Shown: piece by piece, positions 24,011 through 36,455 of the stretch
How positions within the stretch are numbered: the stretch's first letter is position 1
Layout: the number at the start of each line of letters is the position of its first letter
Assembly (NCBI RefSeq): GCF_001194135.2
Contig: NC_068984.1
Span: 81,369,666-81,422,764, forward strand
Source of the DNA: Octopus bimaculoides
Lineage: Eukaryota
DNA length: 53,099 nt
Direction: 5' to 3'
Program-made: the position numbers and the translations under genes
Notes under the pieces: generated by a model
Database searches by the model: none
What the model was told of the DNA's origin: nothing
What the model saw: the letters and a program-made list of their open reading frames with translations, nothing else

Positions 24011-24451
24011 TTGCGCCTTAAAATGGATAAACGTTATGCATTCAACCATGTATATTATTGTATTTCGAACTTGCATACAGCTGGAACTAATGAAGGCAAG
24101 ACTTCCTTTTGTACCCCCTCCAACACCCTTTTCTTTATTGAATTTTTTTTTCGACACAAACCCCCGTTTTCGGTAACGGAGAATACAGATCTGTAAAAAA
24201 AANNNNNNNNNNNNNNNNNNNNNNNNNNNNNNNNNNNNNNNNNNNNNNNNNNNNNNNNNNNNNNNNNNNNNNNNNNNNNNNNNNNNNNNNNNNNNNNNNN
24301 NNNNNNNNNNNNNNNNNNNNNNNNNNNNNNNNNNNNNNNNNNNNNNNNNNNNNNNNNNNNNNNNNNNNNNNNNNNNNNNNNNNNNNNNNNNNNNNNNNNN
24401 NNNNNNNNNNNNNNNNNTGATTCTGAAAAAAATTTCCAAAAATTTTTCTGC

Positions 24452-24509
24452 TTAGGGTTACGGTTATGGTTAGGGTTAGGGGGTTAAGGTTGGGGTTTTA
24501 GGGTTAGGG
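24452..24509 (+). repeat. Degenerate telomere-like (TTAGGG)n tract, interstitial
   Basis: Nine units: TTAGGG TTACGG TTATGG TTAGGG TTAGGGGG TTAAGG TTGGGG TTTTAGGG TTAGGG. Confidence 0.8.
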
Positions 24510-25859
24510 TAAGAAGTGAAAAATGAAGAAATGGGGGCAGAAATTTCAAAATTCCGATTTTTGGCAATTTTCCGGAATATCCGTATCCGTAAACGTGGGG
24601 GGGGGGGAATAAACAATTTGCGAGAAAACGGGGGAGGAAGGCTTTCCCTAATGATAAGAAATAAAAGCCAAAGTTTCCTCAAACTCCATCCTAACTGTCA
24701 TTGAAAAAACATGAATGACGTATTGGACTAACGAGGAAACCCTCAACGTGTACCACTGCATTTGCTAGAAAAAGCTGCCAAATCTCCGTCAAATTATATA
24801 CATCATCTTTATTTACTTGTCCAGAGCATTTTCATAAGTTTGTCCTAAACGTCCATGCTTGTTTTCAGACTCCTAACTAGCCCTTGTTTCATACGCTCTG
24901 AAAAATATAAAGCTTTCTTTTCATAAGTCTGAAGTTATTATAGTGATTGAACAAGAATAGAAAAAATAAATTGGGAATTGCGATGCAGAGGTGCCAGAGA
25001 AATGTCCTATGTATCACATGACACACAGGACGGGCAAATAGTTACAAGCAGGGAGAGGAACAATGCATTGAGTATCTATTTGATAGGACGACTCAAGTTC
25101 CAATACTGCTACAGTTAAAAAAAAAAGAAGAAAAGAAACAAACATAATAATGAAGTTCATTGCCAGAAGAATAAGTAGGGTGGTCACGGTTGGTGCACCT
25201 TTTATCACAGGTCTGCTGACACAGTTCAACTGGAGGTTTAACAACAAAGAAAGAGAATAAGAGAAACGACAGAGCGAATTGCATGATTGTTGTTTAACCC
25301 CAGGTCAGTCTTGACCAAGTAAGCCTAAGATCAAAGACTTCTAACCGTGACCATCCCGTCTTTTCAGTCAGTAGGTGACTTTGGTTGACTCAAACTCAAA
25401 TGAAAATCAGTCGAAAGCATACGGTCTTTATCACCAAGTTTCACATAATCCGGATTTTACCATTTCACAAAACTTAGCTCATTTCAGACTAGAATACTCA
25501 TACGTTAATCTTTCTTTCAGATGGCAAGGTGTAATTTGAGTGACTTAACAACCATTTCTAGCATGGAGAGTGAACACGTAAAGAATCCTCTTCGTACTCT
25601 TTATTGTTGTTCAACTCCAGATAAATACGAGCAAACAGAAAGCTATCTCGTCTATTTAGAAGTATTCAGGACAATGTTGCCCATTACTGTGAAAAAAACA
25701 ACAGAAGTGGATTTGATGCAAGGAGACATAGCTCTTATTTTTAGCAGGCCGAGCGACTACGTAGAGGTTTCCTCATTGAAAACTACAATTCCGTTCGCTA
25801 TTCAAAATAATAATTGTTTCAAATATTGGTACAAAGCTATTAATTTTAAAGGGAAGAGG

Positions 25860-26015
25860 TTCCAGTACTTAACTGGTACTTTATTTGATCAACACCGGAG
25901 AGAGACCAAAGGCAAAGTGACTTCGATGGGATTTGAACTTAGAAGCTAAAGATCCGAAATAATTATCACAAAGAATTTTCTCCAACATCCTAATGGTTCT
26001 GCTAATCCACCGCCT
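25860..26015 (-). mobile_element. tRNA-derived SINE, family B
   Basis: Reverse of the head seen at 50124-50335 (aaaggcaaagtgacttcgatgggatttgaactt...ttctgctaatccaccgcct). Another fragment lies at about 26040-26190. Confidence 0.7.
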
Positions 26016-26577
26016 ATACAAGGCCACGAATTTAGGAGGAACAGGATAATCAATAGAGTTCCCTCTTCTTGATATTTGATAAGTACTTATTTTATTAACC
26101 TTTAGGATTCAGCAGAATTTGATCTCAACAATCACGTAGCAAAATATAACAAACATTTAGTCCACCGCTATATCGATTCTGTCAATTGAAAGTATCCTTT
26201 CTTAATAACAGATTAATAATGGATTTCGAACATTAGCTCAAGATCAACTATTTCAGAATCCATACCAATTTATAGGCATACATTATCTTACGTCGGTAAC
26301 TGGTTCCAAGACACGCGACATAACTCGAAAAAAGGAGAAAATACTTTTGAGGCTTATTTTTCCCGTTAATTTCTTTAAAAGGAAAAATCCATGAACTCGA
26401 AACGACCGAAGTTAGAGTAAGCCGATATTTATTTGGCTGGTATTTTAAATGACCCCAGGAGGAGAAACGACAAAATCGAGACTTCCGGGAGATTTGAAGG
26501 GAGGTAATAAAACACCGCAAGACGTTTAATTCAACTCTACTGTTTCTACCCATAACCTTGCCTTTTGTTGCTGGGTA

Positions 26578-26713
26578 CAGTAATCCCTCTCCATATAGCG
26601 CACTCAGTATATCCAGGTTTCTGCGGCCGATAAGTATTTATATTTTTTCAGATTTTAATTATTTCTGTGGGAGGTTTTGGAACGTAACACCCGCGATAAT
26701 CGAGGGATTACTG
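26578..26713. mobile_element. Tigger/pogo-type MITE, 136 bp
   Basis: TA|cagtaatccctc ... gagggattactg|TA: perfect 12-bp TIR and TA TSD. Confidence 0.88.
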
Positions 26714-29700
26714 TATATAAATTTACTTTCCTGTGAAAATTAATTTAATCTTTTGTTTGTCCAAAGCATTTCCATAAGTCTGTGCTAAACGTCCACGCGT
26801 GTTTTCAGACAAATACCAAGTTACTTTGGTGATTGACAGAAATTGGGAATGTTTATCATATATGATGCATGGACGCCAGGAAAATATGTAGTGTCTTGTG
26901 ATACAGGGCAGGCAAAATGTTTATACAATGAAACCGCTTCTTTTTTTTTTTTAATTAACTGAATTTTATTTCAAGGAGAAAAGAAGCGTTCCTTTAGTAA
27001 AAAAAAATATCTGCAGGTGGTAATAAATTTAGTGAACAGTCAAGCGACGAAAAATCTGAGTATCAATCTGCGGCTTCCCCTCGCCTGATTTTTGTTTTTT
27101 TTTAATGTGAAGCACACAGTAAAAAGCTTTTGTGAGAGGGGTGATGGTTACAAACAACTATATCAGCCCGTTGCTTCACCAGTACCACCAGAAGGAAGAA
27201 CGGCAAATTTTATCTCTAATTCATTCTATAAACAACACATTCTGTGACATCCATGGCTATTACCATGTTTCCGTTGTTTGCAAATAATAAAGAAAAGGCC
27301 GAAGCTTCTTTAACAGATTTGTTATTTTCAGTGCAGCGTGGACCGAGTCTAAATTTTTGCAATAGGTACCCAAGAGCTTAGATGGTGTTTTTAAACCAAG
27401 TGTAGATTTGGTCTACAACATGAGAAGAGGTAGTTTCGCCTAAACATAGAGCTTATCATTTTTATTGAACTAAAGTACCACGTAATACAATGAACTAGAG
27501 ACCACGAGATTACGAAGTGACTTTTTCAACAATAATACCCTGCCAATATAGCATAACTTGGAATGTGTTGCAGGAAAATTCTCGATAAATTTCACCGAGA
27601 AGCGAAAATTAAAAAAAAAAACAGTAAAACTAGGAAATTCATACATTCTCATTTCTTTAAAGTTAACTTTTCCACGCTCGTTCTATTAACACTGGGATCA
27701 GTGACTCTTATATTTTAATTTGTTTTATTTTATTTTTTACATTTGTCCTACGACAAATCGTATCGTATCCACTTGTATCCATCCCTGGCAATGCTGCAAA
27801 AATGAAACGAATCAGATGAACACATAAGTCTAAAATCCAAAAGCTGTCCACTCTCCGATGACGGCCCGCCTGTTGCCATTTACATATTTCTTCTCTGTTT
27901 TACATTTTGTTCCAGCAGACGTTATAGATTATCACGCTTACCGTCACCAACACCACCTGTCGATGCCTTGATTTTTTTCAACCAATCAGCAATCATCATG
28001 CTACCTTAGAATTACCACCTTTTGACTACAGTACCCCATCTGCTAGAAACAAAAAAAGAACATCCTAGGTAATGCAGTCCTACACAACTGTATAAGTGTG
28101 GGATGGTGATCATGGGAGGGATGTCTTTCAACATGTTCTGTCTGTCCGACCAGGACTGATTTGGGACTTAACAAAAACTATTTCCCTGAATCTTAAGGTT
28201 GCTACCTTTCATTCAATGAACTCCTACACTCACCACCAATCCGCGGGTACTTACTCTTAGTGTGTTTATTGCTCTCTAGACATTTCCACCCCGCCAAATA
28301 TTCCGTCTACATTCCTGTTTAATATTCTGTTTTCAAACAAATAAATTCCACCACAGACGTCACAAAAATCGCTCAAGTCTCGCTTCACCAGTTTCTCTAT
28401 ACTCAAACCTGGTTTTTGTTATCTTTTTGTAGTGAACCCACTCCTCCAGACGTCACGTAGCAATCTCAAAACTTACAGCTCATTGTGACCGCCCATTTCA
28501 TATACGTTCACCCACAACTATAACACACTAATCACCATGGCAGCACTAGCATAATAGTAATAATTTTTTTCCTTTATTGGCCACAAGGGCTGATATAATA
28601 ATGACGATGATTTCAAATTTTGGCACAGACTGGAAAGACGTAGCTGTTTAGCTACAAGTCAGGTTTAAGGCAGTTGATGTACTCAGACTATTTACATCTG
28701 ACATACTCCTAGTTAGACAATGCCTGAAAACATGACTACATGGCCTCCATAGAAGGATATTATCTGTCTTTCCATTTTAAAGACAGCAGAGAAAAATTTG
28801 GCAGTTGTTTCCAGAAAGTTGATCAACCACAAAGTGACTTCCTAAATGACCTGGAAACTAGAAAGCTTTTGCTGTTTTGGAACAAAGGTGACCCCACCAA
28901 TGGTCATCCTATCTTCTTTTGTATATATCTGGGACTACGTTGTTTAATGAGTAATTCTTCATAAGACAAAAAAATGTGATACAAAGCTGAACAATCATGT
29001 TTAAAGAATGATTCTGTATTGGTTTCAAAAACAGCAAAGATTTTATTTTGACTAGAGTCTCAAGGTGTACTTTCTTACAATAGTATGATTTGAAAGGGAT
29101 TTCGCTGCTATTTTCAGCATGTTCAACTACTCTCTTCTTCATTAGCTCAGAGACTAAAAAGTTGTCAAAACGTATTTCATTGGCTCAGAGTTATCAAGTA
29201 ATCAAGACAGATTCCATTGGCTTGAAGGCTATAAAGTTATCAAGACAAGCTTTATTAGTTCATCCTATTAAGTTAAGACAGGTTTCACATTTAAAGACAC
29301 TGCAGTTAAACAGTTCTACTTTCACTAAATGAAACAGTATAGAACTTTCAACTAGAGGAGAGTGAGAGAAACCAAAGTTTATTCAAGCTTAGATGTAAAA
29401 CTAAGTGACTGGTCACATTCAACATCATTCAAGTACAGAATGAAGGCTGATGAGAAATATTTCTACCATTAATATATAAACTGGTAATTTATCATAATGA
29501 AAAAACTTTGGAGGAATAAATGACGAAGCTAAAACAGAATTTTAAGAGATGCAAATATATATAAGATTTTGACCAAACATCCACTTAGTCTGCCAAACCA
29601 CCAATGAAGAAATATTAAGAATTCATTGAAAAATTTGGTGTGGCAGGAATAGTGTTGTTGTTATGATGCTTCCCTTTGTTAATTCATTAATGCAATATAC

Positions 29701-29903
29701 AACTTATAAATGAGACATTAATTGAGATATCACAATTCTTTGAATGTTGAATAATTTTTTATAAAAAACAATTCAAAAACCATAACCAGAATCTCATACA
29801 AAACATCAGAAATAGAGGAAAAAAATAAAACTTTGGAAGAAATTGACATTTTGATAGACTTCTTTGAACACTTACATTTCTGTATAAACAATTATGTATA
29901 TTA

Positions 29904-29949
<46 letters not shown>

Positions 29950-30025
29950 GATGATGATATATACTATGTAGCAGAACACAAAGCTTCTGTGTATGTGTGT
30001 GTGTGTAACACACACGCACACACAC

Positions 30026-30056
<31 letters not shown>

Positions 30057-30434
30057 GTATGTATGTATGTATACATGCACACTCATATATATATATATAT
30101 ATATCTATACACAGCATATATGCAGGATTCTGTTGTCAGTTCCAACAATGGGAATTGAAATTGTTCCATCAACTGAATTACCTGCTCTTTGAATTAGCAA
30201 TTAAGTGACCTTCATACTCCACAGACATGGGTAGCCTTCATGCAAGAATCAACACAACCATGTGTGAAATGGCTGTTTGAGCAACATGTACAATCCATCT
30301 AGGATATAGGTTGATCTGACATTAGAAGATGACATTTATCCAAAGTGCTATGCCTTGGGATTGAATCAGGACATTGTGGTTGCAAGGGTACTTTCTTAAC
30401 CATTCAACTATGCTGCATATGTAGGTATATATAT

Positions 30435-30750
30435 CTTTTATCTTTTACTTGTTTCAGTCACTAGACTGCAGCCATGCTGGGGCACTACTTTGAAGAATTT
30501 TAGTCAAACAAATCAACCCCGGTACTTATTGTGAAGCGGTCGTGGTGGTGGTGGACAAACACAGGCACAAAGTCATACACACACATATATGACAGGCGTC
30601 TTTCACTTTCCATCTACCAAATTCACTCACAAATCTTTGGTCAGCCCAATGCTATAGTAGAAGACATTTACCCAAGGCATCACACAGTGGGACTGAACCC
30701 AGAGCCATGTGGGTGGGAACCAAACTTCTTACCAAACAGACATGCCTGCA
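30435..30750 (-). mobile_element. SINE family A
   Basis: ttttacttgtttcagtcactagactgcagccatgctggggcac...ctaccaaattcactcacaa...gctatagtagaagacatttacccaagg...cagtgggactgaaccc. Confidence 0.82.
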
Positions 30751-31139
30751 CTTATATGTAAGCACATATTAGAAAATATCTGTAGGCACGTATACATTTG
30801 TGTATGCGTATGTACATGTATATATAAGCAAAAACTTCAATAAACAAACATATAAATATAAAACATAGGTAATTACAGACTTAAAAGAAAGTTTTTCCAA
30901 GATTTCATTGAAGATGAACTTCTGGAAGTTACAAAGACACAAAGTTAAGGCATTTGAATTAATCAGTAGTTTGGCACAAAGAAGCTAATTAATGTCGAAA
31001 CAAAAGAATGTCTAGACTGGTTGATATTTTAAAACTAAAAGATTAAGTAATTTTTTGATGAGAACACTTTAAATATTTCTTTATTACTCACAGGGGTCTA
31101 AACATAGAGGGGACAAAAAAGGACAAAGGGATTTAAGAC

Positions 31140-31303
31140 GATTACATCGACCCCAGTGTGTAAATGATACTTATTTAATCAACCCCGAAAGGATGAAAGA
31201 CAAAGTCGACCTCAGCTGAATTTGAACTTAGAACGTAACGGAAGACAAAATATCGCTAAAGACTTTGTCTGGTGTGCTAACACTTCTGCTAGCTCGCCGC
31301 CTT
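31140..31303 (-). mobile_element. SINE family B, 5' part
   Basis: gattacatcgaccccagtg...ccgaaaggatgaaagacaaagtcgacctc...gaatttgaactt...ttctgctagctcgccgcctt. Confidence 0.85.
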
Positions 31304-31654
31304 CAATGAGAACACATAAAGCTACACATATACTTGTGTATAAGAATATATTGTACATCTTGAATATATACGCACAAAGATGCATGTATTGTGCGTGTAC
31401 TGTACAACCTGATTCACATGGTCACATGTGAATTTATAGATGCTTGTATATGTAAATGTAAACTTTATGCAAATGCACAAATATATGCAACAGATCCACA
31501 GTTATGCATATATAAAAAAATATTACATGTTTACATATAAAGCTTTTATTACTACACATGTATATTCCAGTGCTTCACATTCCAAGTTCAAATCCCAATG
31601 AAAACAACTCTCGACTTTTGTCCTTTCTGGGGGAGGTAAGCATTTTAGGGAAAT

Positions 31655-32185
31655 GAACTTGCTCAATATGCAGAAAAGGCATATACTGTTCTCAATGTAA
31701 ACAATAGATACACAAGTGCTGCATTGGAATCGCAGGCAGACTAGCAGCAAATATAAGCCTCATGTGTAACAGATGCATTGAAGCAGTGCATGCTAGGAGC
31801 ACACTGGAAACAGATTTTTACTAAATATTCAAACTATACCACTTGAAGTTGATAGTTTTTGCTATCTAGAAGATAAAATTAGCAAGAGAAGTGGTTGCTT
31901 TGAAAGTATAGCAACCAGAGTAAGAACAGGTAAGAGAAAGTTCAGAGAACCACCACCACTGCTGGTAACAAAGCTTAGAGTGAAAGAAAGATTCCATGAC
32001 ACTTGTGTTAAATCTACAATGCTGCATGATAGTGAAGACTTGAGAAAACTGGAAAGATATGAAGCAAGCATGCTCTATTAGATGTGCAATAATGATACAG
32101 TACAAATGTGCTGAGAGAAGAAGAGTATAAAAGGCATAGCATGAAAGAAAAACTGTGCTGGTATGGACATGTGGATATATATAGA
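31655..32185 (+). pseudogene. RTE-clade LINE ORF2 fragment: Cys/His finger plus RT C-terminal region
   Basis: CSICRKGIYCSQCKQ*IHKCCIGIAGRLAANISLMCNRC, then after a frameshift EVDSFCYLEDKISKRSGCFESIATRVRTGKRKFRE..PLL.TKLRVKERFHDTCVKSTMLHDSE..DLRKLERYEASMLY*MC ... LCWYGHV. These match the RTE motifs FCYLG, LHGSETW and LRWYGHV. Confidence 0.88.
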
Positions 32186-32263
32186 TGAAGAGACCTTGAC
32201 AAAACTGGGTTCTGGAAGTATCGTGTGTGTGTATTTAGAAGGTTGCTTGTTACGACTAGTCAT

Positions 32264-32477
32264 GGAGTGACTATTGGTTTCGCATCTATAAGCACTTAGA
32301 TTTATAGGTGACTTGTCAGACTCAAATGGCTTGGAGGCACATAACCTCTCTGTAACTGGAAGTGTTTTCCTCCCTCCAGTTGTAGAGAGATTATGCACCT
32401 CCAGCCATCTGAGTTTGATAAGTTGCTTATACAGCTAAGTGCTTTATAGGTGCAAAACGAATGGCCAATCAACCTCC
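32264..32477. repeat. Long inverted repeat (hairpin / palindromic MITE)
   Basis: Arms 32278-32360 and 32375-32457 align at about 80% (15 mismatches, 2 gaps), with a 14-nt loop agtgttttcctccc and a looser match outward. Confidence 0.8.
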
Positions 32478-33868
32478 TAAATATATTACTGCTCTAATGT
32501 TTTAGAGTGATTTCCTCCTCAAAACATCTCCATCACCCATCATCTCACTAACTCCAGCTCTTCCTTGATACCTACAACTGAACACATTTTTCGCCTTATC
32601 CACCTTTCATCTTTAATACTATTCTTCCCAACCAATGAATTACCAAATTATCTCTCCTCCTCCATCATCATACATCTCTCACTACACTCTAGCAACCCAT
32701 CAAACACATCTTTCTCTCTCTTGTATACTATCTACTCTATCACTATTCTGCTGTTCCCCACCAAAATTTTTCTGCACTGTCAGTTATCTCCTACTCATAT
32801 ATCACTGGTTATCCCCTACCCCTTATCTGCCATTCTCTACTACATTCACCCTTCAACCCTACCCAATCTTTACAGTTGTCACTGGCCTCCCCTCACCTCA
32901 CTCTTTCCCTATCTCTCACCCCCACCCCATACACTCTTGCAACTTACACACACCTACACTCTTGATTTCTCTATCCCACTAACTTTAGTCCACTCAGACA
33001 CCCAACCACCACTATTTTTTTTAGCTCCACCCAACTACTTCCACCCTTTCTAAAGTGTGAGTAGTCATGTAGCTCCTCCACACCAAGAAACCTGTTCTGC
33101 TCTGATCTTGTACTTTTAACCCCTCCTCTTCGAACATAAAGCCACCCACTTCATTTTTTCATACTCTTAACAAGAGAGAAAAAACTTATTATGACAGAGG
33201 TATTGTATGAAATTAACCATGAAAGTTATCAGGAGTTTAAGTGTTGAATACATTAAAATTCAGCAGAGATGTTTTTTTGTTTTTTTTAGTTATAACATAT
33301 TTCTGCTGATCCTTTGTGGTTTAGCTCACAGCAGGGAAGCAATACACTCTTAATAATTGTTCCATTCTGATGATAAGGCTGGCAGTCTCCACAAACATTA
33401 ATAGTCTTAGGAATACTGTTGTCCTAAACTAAACAGAAAGGATTATTAGCAAGGACATATGGAAGACCTTTCAGATAAAAGATTAAATGGAAATATGGTT
33501 GTGTCTCTAACACATCATCTCTGAAAGAAAAGGTATTCCCTATTTTACATATAAATAGAGATGTATGTATGTACCTACACAAACATATACACATCTTCCT
33601 GATCATCAAATATTTACACATACACACACACACACACACATATATTTATGTAAATAGGGAATAGCCTTTTATTCAGTAGAGTTATTTTTCAAGTAAAGAA
33701 AGTATTGTCCATTGTCTGGAAGGTGACAGATCAAAACTGATGAACCCACAGGAACTACGATACTTATGTTTATTGGAGAACATTAATAATGTCACCGGCT
33801 TCTTCTCAAGTGTTTCCAAGACATGTAGAAAAAATATTGACACACAATTATGCATACGTGTATGCATG

Positions 33869-33928
<60 letters not shown>

Positions 33929-34197
33929 TCATCATCATTAATAATGTCTACTTCAGTGTCATGTAGGCATGGGTTAGACAGATATTCCGAAGCAGTGTTT
34001 TACTACCAAATGCCTAATTGCAAACCCATTTATTCATGACATGCAGCAAGAGTATATACCTGCTTCGTATATATATATGTGTGTGTGTATACATATACAT
34101 ACAATATATATACACACAATATATATACATACATATAGACATATACATGAACATATATACAAAAGGTGCATATGCACACACATATATATGTATATAT

Positions 34198-35089
34198 ACT
34201 AGCTGACGTACCCAGTGATTCCTGGGAAAGCGGGGCTTATCCCTTGGCTCCGTTCTCATAAATTGTTTCGCTAATCCAATAACAACAATTCAAAGTACGT
34301 AGCCCTTAAAATGGTTTTTGTGCATTTACAAAGAATACCGAACAATCTTACACAGGATCTTGCTTTTAGGAATTTCCAATAAGTTATGAATACCCAAATT
34401 GTGAAGTCAGTTATGTAATGACATGAAATTAGTTACCCGATAGTAAGAATTCAAATAAGGTAGCCCCGAAAAGGGCTTTAATGCATTCCCAGAGTATATA
34501 GAACTTAGGAAGAAATACTAATAAGGTATGTATACTAAAATCGTGAAGCATGTTATGTAATAACAGGTTAATCAGATATGGGATAGCAATTCAAAGTCAA
34601 TAACTCTGAAAAAGGTTTTTGTGCATTCCCAGAGAATATTACCCTCAGCGGCGATAGTATTGGTATATTCGTGAATAAGTCACTAACTGAAATAAGTGGA
34701 TCTATTGTTTTGGAACATTCTATTTACTTGTTTAAGGGTTGTACTGGATAATTTGTGAAAATAACTCTAACAATTCAAATACTGAGAAATAAGTATAGTC
34801 AATTTGATTTATAACAAATGATTTAAGGAAAATGAATGGGTTATTTCTCTTGGCTGCTAAAATCTGGGCGAATGAATTATTTCCCCTGGCTGTTAAAATG
34901 AAATATATTAGGTATATATAAGGATCCCTTCCAGTGGCCCTATTATCGATTTTTTTTTCAACCATCTGAGTACACCATAAGGTTTCCAGACATGAGTTCT
35001 ACTCATGTGTCAAGTTTCATCAAAATCGATAAAACGATGTAGGAGGAGTTGGCTAACAACTCCACAAACAGAATTTCCCATATATGTAG
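34198..35089 (+). mobile_element. Non-autonomous Helitron/Helentron-like element with internal tandem repeats
   Basis: Starts actagctgacgtacccag inside (TA)n, with a 5' hairpin cccag-tgattc-ctggg (34211-34226). There are three degenerate 140-160 bp units (aattcaaa...tgcatt at about 34288, 34448 and 34589). The 3' region has aagtttcatcaaaatcg, a hairpin ggagttg-gctaa-caactcc (35045-35063) and ends GTAG before a T. No TSD or TIR. Confidence 0.65.
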
Positions 35090-35103
35090 TATATATATAT
35101 ATA

Positions 35104-35460
35104 CAGGGCAAGATGTGTAAATTGTTGCTATTTTATATTCTTAATTTTGCGCATGTGCATTGTTTATATTTGATTTTGTCGACTACACATTATAGCAGGG
35201 TAGTTGGGCATCATCTGTGAGAAAAACAGTACCGTAACACAATTCATTCTGCCAGAAATTTGGAAACATGCTGTACTGCTTTGCAATTGGAAGCTCCAGT
35301 ACAAACATTTTGGAGTGTTTGGATGTCCATCTGAGGACTGTAGAATCTGAGGACATGTACCCAGAGTGATAAAACTCAAACATCCAGACAACATCATGGT
35401 GTTTGGAGTGATCACTAGTGATGACAACATTATGCCTCCATTCATATTCCTACACGGTTG
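35104..35460 (+). mobile_element. Internally deleted Tc1/mariner element (DD37D/maT-like)
   Basis: Starts TA|cagggcaagatgtgtaaattg. Remnant peptides are TQFILPEIWKHAVLL, GSSSTNILECLDVHLRTV and VPRVIKLKHPDNIMVFGVITSDDNIMPPFIFLHG. The subfamily assignment is from recalled motif similarity. Confidence 0.75.
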
Positions 35461-35694
35461 GTAATGAGAGGGTTAGTGGCTTCTCTAAGCATTTTGAGTT
35501 CCTCAGTGTATTGTATGCTATTCACAGTACAGTTGAAGGTCCAGAAAAAAATCAAAGAGAATGATGCTCTTATAATTATCCAAAAACAGTCACCATGACC
35601 TCCAGATCATAAATATCATTTTTCTTATACTTGTTTTAGTCACTAGACTGCAACCATGCTGGGCTACTGCCTTAAAGAATTTCTTTTTAAAGCC

Positions 35695-35879
35695 TGAGAA
35701 CAAATGTCTTGTTTTCATAAGTTTTGAATTAAAATCTTCCACCAAAACTTAGTCACAATTTATGTTCCTAACACAAGCTGAACGATAACTAAGTTATTTT
35801 ATTAAATTCTTTGTTATATTTAAAGTAATTGAAAGAAGCACAGAGTATCTCAAAATAAATACAGTAACAAAAGTGTTAA
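35695..35879. mobile_element. Possible piggyBac-like MITE end
   Basis: AT-rich segment ending gtaacaaaagtg|TTAA, resembling a TTAA-CCC-type terminus. The other end was not identified. Confidence 0.35.
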
Positions 35880-35977
35880 AAAGGAGGAAACTGAGCGAGA
35901 TTCTGAAAACGATTTACATTCACCATGGCAAAGAACCACTATACACATCAGTAAATTGGGTTGGTCAGTGGTCTACC

Positions 35978-36362
35978 CCATGGTTGCCACTATGTCGGTT
36001 ACGACGATGAGGGTTCCAGTTGATCCGATCAACGGAACAGCATGCTCATGAAATTAACGTGCAAGTGGCTGAGCACTCCACAGACATGTGTACACTTAAC
36101 GTAGTTCTCGGGGAGATTCAGCATGTGACAGAGTGTGACAAGGCTGGCCCTTTAAACTACAGGTACAACAGAAATAGGAAGAAAGTGAGAAATTTGTGGT
36201 GAAAGAGTACAGCGGGGTCCGCCACCATCCCCTGCCGGAGCCTCGTGGAACTTTTAGGTGTTTTCGCTCAATAAACACTCACAATGCCCGGTCTGGGAAT
36301 CAAAACCGCGATCCTACGACCACAAGTCCGCTGCCCTAACCACTGGGCTATTGCGCCTCCAC
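35978..36362 (-). mobile_element. tRNA-derived SINE, family C, full length with TSD
   Basis: Minus-strand head gtggaggcgcaatagcccagtggttagggcagcgg...ggttttgattccc (A and B boxes). 8-bp TSD ggtctacc at 35970-35977 and 36363-36370. Confidence 0.9.
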
Positions 36363-36455
36363 GGTCTACCTCATTCACCATACAACTAAGATTTGACTTC
36401 CTCACACTCCCACCTGTTCAGCCCAGTGAAAGTCTTTGCGGGGATAACAATTTGA

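Noticed and set aside
25521-25949. 142-aa plus-strand ORF behind a good acceptor (tctttctttcag|ATG)
   Set aside because: Its middle is the dispersed ...tagcagg.cgagcgac... repeat and its end is an antisense SINE B. No recognisable domain.
32565-33053. 162-aa and 115-aa ORFs
   Set aside because: By-product of a G-poor, C-rich tract that rarely forms stop codons. Low-complexity L/S/P/H translation.
33316-33423. Minus-strand exon candidate (acceptor with ctaat branch point, GTGAGC donor)
   Set aside because: Two frames are equally open (DNSIPKTINVCGDCQPY... and TTVFLRLLMFVETAS...), neither recognisable, and no partner exons found.
36290-36362. tRNA-like sequence (also at 17620-17690 and 50124-50200)
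   Set aside because: A and B boxes are present, but they are SINE heads continuing into repeat bodies, one with a TSD. No clean cloverleaf.
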